Below, piece by piece: positions 7,490 to 16,248 of a stretch of DNA of 17,025 bases (position 1 is its first letter; each line of letters starts with the position of its first letter). This DNA comes from Promethearchaeota archaeon (GTDB taxonomy: Archaea; Asgardarchaeota; Lokiarchaeia; Sigyniarchaeales; SOKP01), in NCBI GenBank assembly GCA_019058295.1, contig JAHPZI010000011.1:1-17025 (forward strand), read 5' to 3'. Below the pieces are notes generated by a model, which did not search any database, was not told the DNA's origin, and saw nothing but the letters and a program-made list of their open reading frames with translations. The position numbers and the translations under genes were made by a program.

Positions 7490-8251
7490 TCATAATTTGT
7501 TATGGATCCACTCCAAAATTTCTGTAATTTGAGTTTCATCATCAAAAGAATGCCCAGCATCAACCAGCAAATATCTATCTTCACTAAGATTATATTTTTC
7601 AATAATTAATTTTCCACTTTTCTCGAAAGGTATATACTCATCCTTTTTTCCATGGATAAGATATACTTTCTTTATTAATTCATCCGTTAAATAATATTTA
7701 GGCATGAGATCTGTCTGGCCACCTGAGACAAAGTTAATAAATTTCTTAAACCACCAAGGTGGGCTGAGTGGTTTCTTTAATTTATTTAAAATCCTTTTTG
7801 CAATAGAAGTCAGAGAGTTATCTTGTTCCTTTTCAATATCTTCAGCTACAAGATCTTCAATCGAAAACAGTGTAGATAAAGCAAAAATTATATCGACTCT
7901 GGGATCTTGGATACCACTTGTTAAAGATGCCACAGCACCTAAACTATGACCAATTAAAATCACACGATCAGGACCCTTGCCTCTTTCTTCCATTTTGCCT
8001 ATTGCAGCATCAATTGCATATTTAATATCGAGGACTTGATTTTTCATGTCAAGTAGAATACCCTTACTTTTTCCTTTTCCCCTCAAATCATAGGAAAAAG
8101 TCGAATACCCAAATTTATCTTCTAGCAGTTCACACCATGGTTCTGAATCTGCAATATTACCTCCAGCTCCAGGTGAGTAAATGATCAAATCCCTTCCGCA
8201 TCCAGCCATCCGACCATGTAATATTGTACCATCTTCAGTTTCGAAAAACAT
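7490..8251 (-). CDS. Alpha/beta-fold hydrolase (esterase/thioesterase-like)
   Basis: YDLRGKGKS, nucleophile elbow GHSLG, acid in IHGKKD, His in AGHSF. AGGTGA SD upstream of the ATG. Confidence 0.9.
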   Translation of the reverse strand: MFFETEDGTILHGRMAGCGRDLIIYSPGAGGNIADSEPWCELLEDKFGYSTFSYDLRGKGKSKGILLDMKNQVLDIKYAIDAAIGKMEERGKGPDRVILIGHSLGAVASLTSGIQDPRVDIIFALSTLFSIEDLVAEDIEKEQDNSLTSIAKRILNKLKKPLSPPWWFKKFINFVSGGQTDLMPKYYLTDELIKKVYLIHGKKDEYIPFEKSGKLIIEKYNLSEDRYLLVDAGHSFDDETQITEILEWIHNKL

Positions 8252-8290
8252 ATCATATTCACCTAAATTCTTTCATTCTGTTATAAATCT

Positions 8291-9079
8291 TTAAGGATAT
8301 CTTGTATATAAATCCTTTATAAATTCGTCTAATTCCTCTATAGATTTTCTCCCTGTGTAAGTAACATTAGCACACTCATTTTCTAAATCAAAACATGATT
8401 TTATATAGCCTTTATGCATAATTGTTAGCATGGATTTTATAAAGAATAAGAATTCTGTTTGGTACTTACTTATTTGTTTCACGAAAGATAATGTCTCAGC
8501 ATCAAGTTGATCAAGTGGAAAAATACGAGTTGGAAAATATAGACCTTTTAATTCTTCAATTCCCACTTTATCCGATGTTAAAAGAAGGCGTTTAGCATTA
8601 CTAAATCCAAAAGCCAATAATGGTAATAGTGTTGCTCCGGTCTGAGGGAACGCTGAAATTGCAATTTCAGGTAGTCGTAAATACAAGTCTTCGATTGGTC
8701 TATCCGCAAAAATTCTTAAATCAGAAGCCAGTATCATCAAAACGCCAAAACCTACCGCAATACCTTGAACTTGCGTGATTATGGGCTTTTTCATAAGAAG
8801 CATAGTTTCGTTAACTTTTCTACCATATTCGATAATTTTGTTTGCAATCTCTCTATCAGCCATAACCTCTTTAAGGTCATAGCCTGCAGAAAAGAATTTT
8901 TGCCCAGTGCTCTTAATTAAAATACATTTGACTTTTTCGGCCTTATCTGCCTCAATCAATCTATTATGCAATGCTTTTAACATGCCAGAATTAAAAGCGT
9001 GTGCTTTTTCTGGTCTATTTATTGTTATAGTTGCGATCCGTCCTTTAGCTTCATATAAGATTAATTCTTGATTACTCAT
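8291..9079 (-). CDS. Enoyl-CoA hydratase/isomerase (crotonase) family protein
   Basis: ATITINRPEKAHA, FFSAGYDL, KPIITQVQGIAVGFG, ASDLRI, LPEIAI. Confidence 0.9.
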   Translation of the reverse strand: MSNQELILYEAKGRIATITINRPEKAHAFNSGMLKALHNRLIEADKAEKVKCILIKSTGQKFFSAGYDLKEVMADREIANKIIEYGRKVNETMLLMKKPIITQVQGIAVGFGVLMILASDLRIFADRPIEDLYLRLPEIAISAFPQTGATLLPLLAFGFSNAKRLLLTSDKVGIEELKGLYFPTRIFPLDQLDAETLSFVKQISKYQTEFLFFIKSMLTIMHKGYIKSCFDLENECANVTYTGRKSIEELDEFIKDLYTRYP

Positions 9080-9164
9080 AAGATCTTAAATTCGAAATTC
9101 CATTAAAGGTATATTAAATTGAAAACAGTTACTAAAATTACCAAATCGTCAGGTTGATAACGCT

Positions 9165-9446
9165 TTAAGGGCGTTCTATATGTTTTAATTCCGAAACCCA
9201 TTTAATCGACGCGTCGTAAAACCCATTCTTCGAAGGGAATAGACGGCCTTTAACCCTTATCCATTGGCCTACTCTTGGCAGAAAACCGTATTGGTTTAAT
9301 TTTGAAGTGTTAACGAGAACGGAGTAGTACTCAAATCCTACTTGGATTCTTAAGGACATATATCCGTAAGTGTAGCTTCGGGTTATTTTTTTCTCACCGT
9401 CTCTTATCTCTACTATTTTTCCTTCAATTGTTATAAGATCTGACAT
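9165..9446 (-). CDS. Small OB-fold nucleic-acid-binding domain protein (putative)
   Basis: 93 aa. The strand pattern ITIEGKIVEI ... VGQWIRVKGRL is typical of OB folds. Confidence 0.6.
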   Translation of the reverse strand: MSDLITIEGKIVEIRDGEKKITRSYTYGYMSLRIQVGFEYYSVLVNTSKLNQYGFLPRVGQWIRVKGRLFPSKNGFYDASIKWVSELKHIERP

Positions 9447-9468
9447 AATTATGAATATGCAATATTTA

Positions 9469-9933
9469 TTATTTTTTTTTACTATTACCCCTCTTATTAT
9501 ATTCTAATATTACATATATTACCATTGGATAAAAAAGGAGGATTAAACCTCTTCCAAATGCGGTCATTTCATAAGAAACTCGAACAGGTCTCCCAGTATG
9601 TACTGTTCTTTTAATTATTCCTGTTTCTTCCAAAGAAAACAAACGTGTAGTAAGGGTTCTTGAATTTATTTCAGGCAAATTATTTCTTAAATCATTGAAG
9701 AATGGTTTATTTAAAAAAAAGATCATATAAAGAATATCTACTGTCCATTTTCCTTGTAATAGTGTAGATACTTCTCCAATAAAACTCCTATCCATTTTAA
9801 TTATTTTTTTTAATTGTTTTGGTTTTTTCAATTCTCGTTTTAATCCTAATATGACTGCTTCTTGTAATGAAGGGATAAGATTAATAAGTTCTTTGAAATT
9901 GTCCAAGTCAAAAACTGGCATATTTTTTACCAT
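9469..9933 (-). CDS. HxlR/DUF24-family winged helix-turn-helix transcriptional regulator
   Basis: LLQGKWTVDIL, FNDLRNNLPEINSRTLTTRLFSLEETGIIKR, VSYEMTAFGR match the HxlR pattern. Confidence 0.9.
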   Translation of the reverse strand: MVKNMPVFDLDNFKELINLIPSLQEAVILGLKRELKKPKQLKKIIKMDRSFIGEVSTLLQGKWTVDILYMIFFLNKPFFNDLRNNLPEINSRTLTTRLFSLEETGIIKRTVHTGRPVRVSYEMTAFGRGLILLFYPMVIYVILEYNKRGNSKKK

Positions 9934-10051
9934 TTTATTAATTATTATTTTAAATATTGATCTAAATTAAGTGTAATAAAGTAAATCTATTGAAAAGTTT
10001 CTTTCTTAAATATTTATATAATATCAAGTAATCATTATATTTATATTATTT

Positions 10052-10075
10052 AAAGTAAGTTACTTTTTTAAAGTT
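10052..10075. promoter_or_regulatory. Candidate operator for the divergent HxlR regulator
   Basis: Overlapping dyads AAAGTAA-G-TTACTTT (10052-10066) and TACT-N7-AGTT (10061-10075), in the spacer between the divergent HxlR and DUF3795-like genes. Confidence 0.4.
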
Positions 10076-10128
10076 ATAAGTAAAATGTATTTATTTGCTT
10101 AATTAATTATTAAAAAGATGAAATAAAA

Positions 10129-10719
10129 TTGAATTTAAAATTAGATGATGTAAAGCCAGGAGACAGAGGGTTACTTGCCCCTTGTGGTATTCTATGCTTA
10201 GGATGTGATGTCCATATTGGAGAAGCAATAGAAGCCTCAAAAACACTTCAAAAAATTTGGGAAGGCTGGAATATCGTAGATGTTGGTCCCATCCTAGGTT
10301 TTAATCTCAAGGGAATAAAAACTACCTTGAAAACTTTAAAATCATACATAAATGCGAACAAACAAGGAAATTGTCCTGGATGTTCTAAAGGTGGTTTTGC
10401 CTCTCAAATATGTGGTATTGCTAAATGTGTCAAATCTAAAGGATATTGGACTTGTGCTGAATGTGAAGACTATGATCCAGATTCGGAAACACCCTGTCCT
10501 AACATAAATTCGAGTTCAATGCCAGTAACAGATAAGGGCCAAATGATGAAAATGATTTGCACGCGATATAGTCGAGATCCTAACCAGAATTTGAAAAAAT
10601 GTCGTGAAATTGGTTATCCTGCATTTATTAAAGAGGCCAAAGAAAGGGTCGCAAATGGTTGGAGAACTTGGCAAATAATCAGCAAAGAAATGGTTTTTAC
10701 TGATGCAATGAAAAAATAA
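10129..10719 (+). CDS. Cys-rich DUF3795-like putative metal/Fe-S binding protein
   Basis: APCGILCLGC, CPGC, CGIAKC and CAEC motifs at the spacing typical of DUF3795. TTG start. Confidence 0.8.
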   Translation: MNLKLDDVKPGDRGLLAPCGILCLGCDVHIGEAIEASKTLQKIWEGWNIVDVGPILGFNLKGIKTTLKTLKSYINANKQGNCPGCSKGGFASQICGIAKCVKSKGYWTCAECEDYDPDSETPCPNINSSSMPVTDKGQMMKMICTRYSRDPNQNLKKCREIGYPAFIKEAKERVANGWRTWQIISKEMVFTDAMKK

Positions 10720-10737
10720 TTTTTTTTCTTTTTTTTT
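10720..10737 (+). terminator. Oligo-T terminator candidate
   Basis: T8-C-T9 directly after the stop codon. Confidence 0.5.
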
Positions 10738-10841
10738 AATCACATTAATAGCATCACTGCTTCCATCTTTAAGATGATGCTTTTAACTAATCTTTAAGGT
10801 TAATGAAAGATATTTTTTTATTATAAAATTTTTATCTATAA

Positions 10842-12245
10842 TTGATATCAATGACAGAAATAGATTATTTTTTTGACCCTAAGTCAATAGCGATTATTGG
10901 AGCTTCTGATAAGTTAAGATTCGGATACACTACAACAAAATATCTTCTAAATTCAAAATTTAAGACTTTTCCAGTACACTTATATAAAACGGAAATATTA
11001 GGACATAAAACCTATAAAAATATCAAAGATATTCCTGAAAAGATAGAATTAGCAATTCTTTTGGTACCAAATGAGAGAGTCTTGGAAGCAGTTAAAGATT
11101 GTGCCGAAAAAGGAGTAAAAGGAATTATAATTGAATCAGCGGGCTTTGCTGAGACGGGAGAAGAAAGATATATTAATATTCAAAATGAAATTTTAGACAT
11201 CGTTAAAGAAACCAATATTCGTATTATTGGGCCAAATTGCGTTGGATTAACTAATTTTAACAATGAATTTACGAGTGCGGAAGTAGAATTTAATAACACT
11301 TTGAAAGGGAACATTTCTGTTATTGCTCAATCGGGAGTACTCGGCAATGTTTTTATAGATTGGGCATCTGGGCAAAAAATTGGATTTTCTAAAACAATAA
11401 CTCTAGGAAATAAAATTGATGTAGATGAGGTTGATATACTGGATTATTTGAACAATGATCCCGATACTAACGTAATTACGCTTTACTTGGAGGGTACGAA
11501 AAGAGGAAAAGAATTTACACAAATTCTCAAACAAATGACAAAACCAGTCTTAATCCTCAAAAATGGAAGAACTGAGAGCGGTTCAAAGGCCATTAAAAGC
11601 CACACAGCCTCGATGGCTGGGAATGACAAGATTTATGATGCGATTATTAGACAGAGTCGAGGAATTTTTAGAGTAAATAATTTTTATGAGATGTTTAATA
11701 TAGCTCAAGTTTTTTCCACACAACCGTTGCCAAAAGGCAAAAATGTTGCTGTAATTACTGGCTCAGGTAGCTTAGGTATTTTAGCTTGCGACGAAATTGA
11801 GAAGCAAGGGTTATCTTTAGCAAAATTAAATGAAGAAACGATCGCTAAAATAAAAGCTGCAATTCCTAATTGGGTTTCAATAAAAGGAACGATTGATCTG
11901 GGGCCATCTATGGCTACAAGCTTCATACCTTCACTAAAAGCTATACTCAAAGATAATACCGTCAATAGCTTGATATTTATATTTTGTATCCCAAGAGGTC
12001 CATTACAAGAATTTAAACCATTAAGTAGTATTATAGAGTCCTACTTTCGAATAATGAAGAGATTATCAAATAAAGTAGACAAGCCATGCATATGTGTCTG
12101 TTTTGGTTCACGATGGGTTTTTGATTTTGTATTAAAAAATGCCTCTAAATTTGATATTCCTGTAATGACTCGGATAAAGCACGCTATTAAAGCTTTTAAA
12201 ATGATGTATGAATATGAACAATACTTAAAAAATAAAGAATTATAA
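10842..12245 (+). CDS. ADP-forming acyl/acetate-CoA ligase, alpha subunit (ACD alpha)
   Basis: PKSIAIIGAS (CoA binding), SAGFAE, IIGPNCVG, AQSG, LGNKIDV, LYLEG, phospho-His SHTASMAG, TGSGSLG. No ATP-grasp beta domain. An ATG at 10851 is an alternative start. Confidence 0.9.
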   Translation: MISMTEIDYFFDPKSIAIIGASDKLRFGYTTTKYLLNSKFKTFPVHLYKTEILGHKTYKNIKDIPEKIELAILLVPNERVLEAVKDCAEKGVKGIIIESAGFAETGEERYINIQNEILDIVKETNIRIIGPNCVGLTNFNNEFTSAEVEFNNTLKGNISVIAQSGVLGNVFIDWASGQKIGFSKTITLGNKIDVDEVDILDYLNNDPDTNVITLYLEGTKRGKEFTQILKQMTKPVLILKNGRTESGSKAIKSHTASMAGNDKIYDAIIRQSRGIFRVNNFYEMFNIAQVFSTQPLPKGKNVAVITGSGSLGILACDEIEKQGLSLAKLNEETIAKIKAAIPNWVSIKGTIDLGPSMATSFIPSLKAILKDNTVNSLIFIFCIPRGPLQEFKPLSSIIESYFRIMKRLSNKVDKPCICVCFGSRWVFDFVLKNASKFDIPVMTRIKHAIKAFKMMYEYEQYLKNKEL

Positions 12246-12320
12246 AGTGATAATAACATATTTATTTATTTTCTTTCTATTATTATGATTATATTAGCAA
12301 TATTTCAGAAGAAGTAAGAA

Positions 12321-12713
12321 ATGCCAAATTTTATAGAAATAAACGAAACATATAGAGATTGGTATTGTGAAGAGATTTTTGAGGATTATTTGAATGGTCA
12401 AATTAATTTAGAAGAATTTATCTTTAAATTAGATTATAATAAAATTCAAGAGCAAATAGAATTATTTAATGCCTTAAATCTCATAATGACTAAAGAATAT
12501 CCACATAAATGCTACAACGAGAATTGCCAAAAAAAACTCTATTTTTCTGATACGTATAAAAATGCAAAAGAACATTTAAAATTACATTTAAAAGAATTTG
12601 TAAAAATATGGGTTGCTCCTTATAATTTAAACCAGCAAAAAAATCTGAATGTTACTATTCCGTTTTATTGTTGTTATTGTTTCAAAAAGAAAAAAGTTTT
12701 GGACTCTAAGTGA
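12321..12713 (+). CDS. Hypothetical protein with a putative Zn-binding motif (C-x4-C ... CC-x-C)
   Basis: 130-aa ATG ORF containing CYNENC and YCCYCF. Confidence 0.65.
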   Translation: MPNFIEINETYRDWYCEEIFEDYLNGQINLEEFIFKLDYNKIQEQIELFNALNLIMTKEYPHKCYNENCQKKLYFSDTYKNAKEHLKLHLKEFVKIWVAPYNLNQQKNLNVTIPFYCCYCFKKKKVLDSK

Positions 12714-12737
12714 AGCGTTCCTGTGATATAAAAAGCT

Positions 12738-13535
12738 CTACGGAAACAGTATACCATATTTCTTTTTATATAAATATATAAAAATACAGGTGATCCCTAA
12801 TACATAGAAGGAGAATATAGAAGTAAATATTTCCGGAAAAATGTCTTCTGTATTGGTTTCAGCTATTAAGCGCGCAATTTGGTCAATGCTATTAAGAAAT
12901 ATTAGATAAAACAAGAATCCCAGAAAAAGATATCGTTTGCTTAATGCTATTTTTCGATGTATTATAATAAATAATTGAACTCCTGCCATAACACCGTGCA
13001 AAATTGGTCCTCCTATAAGAGTTCCAACATCTTTTACTATGGTTGCAAGCCATATTGACACCATGATAAATCCATAAACAGATATACAAGTAATTGAATT
13101 AAGAAGGACTGATTCAAATTTATTAATTAACGTTAAACTGATAAGAATTAATGTGATATATGTAGTATAGACAAGTGGTTCAAAATCGTGAACTATGAAA
13201 AAGAAAAATATCCAATACCAAATTAATAGACCTAAGAGCGCTAAACCCATAATTCTTACTGCTGTGGAAAATTCCTTTTGTTTAATAACTATCGTTTTAG
13301 GTTCTAATTTTTTAATATAATTATTTAAATCTTCAGATATGGGTTCTTGATTTATTAATTTCTTCGTAATCTGTATAATAACTTTCTCGCTAATAATTTC
13401 AATTTCTTTATCGGAAATTTTTAATTTGCTTGAAGTGTGACCTGAGGGCTCTGTTCCCTTTAATTTTTCCCTCCACTCAATAAAATCCTTACTACCTAAT
13501 ATTTGTTTGATTTCTTCTGAAATCTCTAATCCCAA
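12738..13535 (-). CDS. Hypothetical membrane protein (charged ~90-aa N-terminus, then about 6 TM helices)
   Basis: 265-aa ORF with a TTG start. Topology inferred from the hydropathy pattern read by eye. Confidence 0.7.
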   Translation of the reverse strand: MGLEISEEIKQILGSKDFIEWREKLKGTEPSGHTSSKLKISDKEIEIISEKVIIQITKKLINQEPISEDLNNYIKKLEPKTIVIKQKEFSTAVRIMGLALLGLLIWYWIFFFFIVHDFEPLVYTTYITLILISLTLINKFESVLLNSITCISVYGFIMVSIWLATIVKDVGTLIGGPILHGVMAGVQLFIIIHRKIALSKRYLFLGFLFYLIFLNSIDQIARLIAETNTEDIFPEIFTSIFSFYVLGITCIFIYLYKKKYGILFP

Positions 13536-13901
13536 CCTTAAATTAGATAATTTTATTTTAAGCGACTAATAATCTTTCCGTTAATAAAATGATACATCAA
13601 ATAGACATATTACTATGAACATATTTTTGATATTCGTATTTGTATCTATTTGAATTAATAATGGTAAAAATATTTAAATTTTTCTAATAAGCCTAATAAC
13701 TGTTATAGGCGTACAATTATTTTTTTTATTATAATTGATGCAAAATATGAGTTTCTATGGCAGCATCTTATTTATAAAAGTTGGAATACTATTCGATTCT
13801 CGACCGGAAAAAAATTAAGAATATTTAAATAAAAAATTCTTACTTAATGTTTTTATAAAATTCGTTTATTCTAAAGAGGCCAGACTTTTCTATCAAAAAA
13901 T

Positions 13902-14948
13902 TTACTCTACTTTAACAATCCATCCATATTCATCTTCGATTTCTAATCTTTGAATTCCCGTTAATAAGTCGTAAAGTTTTATTGTTAATTCGCCCGGTTC
14001 TCCATTATTCCAGATTTTTTTTTTATCCTCTAAAACCACAGATCCAATTGGCGTGATAACAGCAGCAGTCCCAGTACAAAATGCTTCAGTACAAGTGTCT
14101 TCAAATAATTCCTTGTAAGATATATTTCTTTCTTCAACCTCTATTCCCAATTTCTTCTTTGCTATTTCTAAAACAGATTTTCGTGTGATTCCTGGTAAAA
14201 TTGTACCAGCTGCTTTAGGTGTGGCAAGTTTTCCATTGATGACCGCAAAAAAATTAGCTGTTCCAACTTCATCGATATATTCCATATTCACTGCGTCTAA
14301 ATATATAATCTGGGCAAATCCTTTAGCTTTCGTTTCTTTTGCAGGTTTCATTGTTGGAGCATAATTGCAACAAGTCTTCGCATAACCTGATCCGCCAGGA
14401 GCGGCTCTCGTATATTTTTTCGAAATTTCTAAATCTATTGCTTTAAAACCCTCTGGGAAATAAGGACCAACGGGGACTGTAAAAATTATTAATTTATTTT
14501 CTTCCGCTGGTGCAACACCTAAAATTGGACCATTCCCTATTAATATTGGCCTTATATATAACGCACCACCACTATCATAGGGAGGAACATAATCTTTATT
14601 GGCTTTAACGACTTGTTTAACATTATCAACAAATTTATCTACATCATAATTAGGTAATAGCATCCTATCGGCGCTGTCGTTAAATCTCTTTCCATTTTCA
14701 TGTGGTCTAAATAATACAATTTCGCCAGTTTTCGCTCTTAAGGCTTTCATACCTTCAAAAATCCCTTGTCCATAGTTAAGTATGCAAGCTCCAGGCGAAA
14801 TCTCAAAAGGTCCAAAAGGAACTAATTTTCCTTCGCTCCATTTACCATCCTTATAATCTGAAACAAACATCGTCTTAGTTTCAATAAAATTGAAACCTAA
14901 ATTATAAAAATCAATGTCACTTGCTTTCATATTTATCAACTTTCTCAT
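13902..14948 (-). CDS. ilvE: Branched-chain amino acid aminotransferase (PLP fold IV)
   Basis: YGQGIFEGMKA, LFRP, LYIRP, PLP Lys in AKTCCNY, EVGTANFF, ILPGITR, EAFCTGTAAVITP. Confidence 0.95.
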   Translation of the reverse strand: MRKLINMKASDIDFYNLGFNFIETKTMFVSDYKDGKWSEGKLVPFGPFEISPGACILNYGQGIFEGMKALRAKTGEIVLFRPHENGKRFNDSADRMLLPNYDVDKFVDNVKQVVKANKDYVPPYDSGGALYIRPILIGNGPILGVAPAEENKLIIFTVPVGPYFPEGFKAIDLEISKKYTRAAPGGSGYAKTCCNYAPTMKPAKETKAKGFAQIIYLDAVNMEYIDEVGTANFFAVINGKLATPKAAGTILPGITRKSVLEIAKKKLGIEVEERNISYKELFEDTCTEAFCTGTAAVITPIGSVVLEDKKKIWNNGEPGELTIKLYDLLTGIQRLEIEDEYGWIVKVE

Positions 14949-15071
14949 TTAATTGATAGAGTCATTATATGAAGCGGTAACTAAAAAATTTTATTAAAAA
15001 TTTTAAATGGATTTAGAGTCTGCTATTAACTCTATAAAAAGATTTTTTAAAATAATTAGGTTATCTTTCAT

Positions 15072-15971
15072 ATGTCCTTACAAAAAATGACTACAAAAAA
15101 AATAATAGAAAAAAAGCAAAAAGGCGAAAAAATCGTAACTATCACCTCCTATGACTATTCCATGGCGAAAATCGTTGACGATAGCAATATAGATCTAATT
15201 CTCATAGGAGATACTCTTTCTATGGTAATGCTAGGGCATCAAAACACATTACCGGTAACTATGGATGAGATGATTCATCATACTAAAGCTGTTTCCCGTG
15301 CAGTGAAGAATGCGTTAATTGTTGGCGACATGCCATTTCTATCATATAAAGTTAATATCGTAGAAGCAGTTAAAAACGCAGGAAGATTTATTCAGGAAGG
15401 TGGTGCTGAAGCTGTAAAAGTTGAAGGAGGTACGGAGATCTGCCCCACCATAAGAGCTATGATTGATGCTGATATTGAAGTAATGGGGCATATAGGATTA
15501 ACACCACAAGCGATATATAGATTTGGAGGATTTATGGTTCAAGGTAAAACAATCGAAGCTGCTAAGAAATTAATTATGGATGCTATTAATTTACAGGAGA
15601 CTGGTGTGTTTTCTATTGTTTTAGAGACTATCCCTTGGCAAATAGCAAAATTGATTACAAGTGCTGTAGATATACCAACGATCGGTATCGGCGCAGGCCC
15701 TTATTGTGACGGGCAAATACTTGTGATACATGATATGCTGGGAATCTTTACTGATTTCAAACCAAAATTCGTAAAGCATTTTGGTAATGTTGGAGAATCA
15801 ATTAGAAATGCTTTAAAAGGATATAGAGAAGAAGTTGAAAAGGGGATATATCCAGGACTCGAACATTCATATGAATTTCCACAGAATGAAGTGGATGATG
15901 TTAATGAATGGTTTGAAAAAGTTGATATTAATGAAGAAGCTTTGAAATTAAATAAAATGATACCAAAATGA
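15072..15971 (+). CDS. panB: 3-methyl-2-oxobutanoate hydroxymethyltransferase (ketopantoate hydroxymethyltransferase)
   Basis: [62 protein letters not shown]. Confidence 0.97.
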   Translation: MSLQKMTTKKIIEKKQKGEKIVTITSYDYSMAKIVDDSNIDLILIGDTLSMVMLGHQNTLPVTMDEMIHHTKAVSRAVKNALIVGDMPFLSYKVNIVEAVKNAGRFIQEGGAEAVKVEGGTEICPTIRAMIDADIEVMGHIGLTPQAIYRFGGFMVQGKTIEAAKKLIMDAINLQETGVFSIVLETIPWQIAKLITSAVDIPTIGIGAGPYCDGQILVIHDMLGIFTDFKPKFVKHFGNVGESIRNALKGYREEVEKGIYPGLEHSYEFPQNEVDDVNEWFEKVDINEEALKLNKMIPK

Positions 15972-16248
15972 AGATTTTATATCTTTTAAGATGTTTTAAT
16001 TGCTTGAATCTATACACTTTATTTATATTTTTTTAAAATTATCACTTCTACCCAAAAAGAGCTATTAATCGCAATTACTTTTAGTCAATTTTTTTAAAAT
16101 TTTACTAGATCTCGATTTATTACTAAAATTTTCTCTTTATAAATAAAATTATAAAGTTGTATTAATAGATCTATCTTATATAAAAACGAAAATTGTTAAA
16201 AATTTTTAAATTATTACTTTTAACAAAATAGATAACGGTTGACTTGTA

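Noticed and set aside
7704-7949. 81-aa + strand ORF
   Set aside because: Antisense to the hydrolase.
10750-10781. Hairpin AGCATCA/TGATGCT with nested CATCTT-T-AAGATG, considered as a SECIS element
   Set aside because: No SECIS core geometry, and no gene in the window has a credible in-frame TGA readthrough: frames after the TGA stops at 7490, 12713 and 15971 close within a few codons. It could still be an operator.
10516-13089. ORFs 10516..10743, 11705..11965, 12041..12259 and 12892..13089
   Set aside because: Antisense shadows of longer, better-supported genes.
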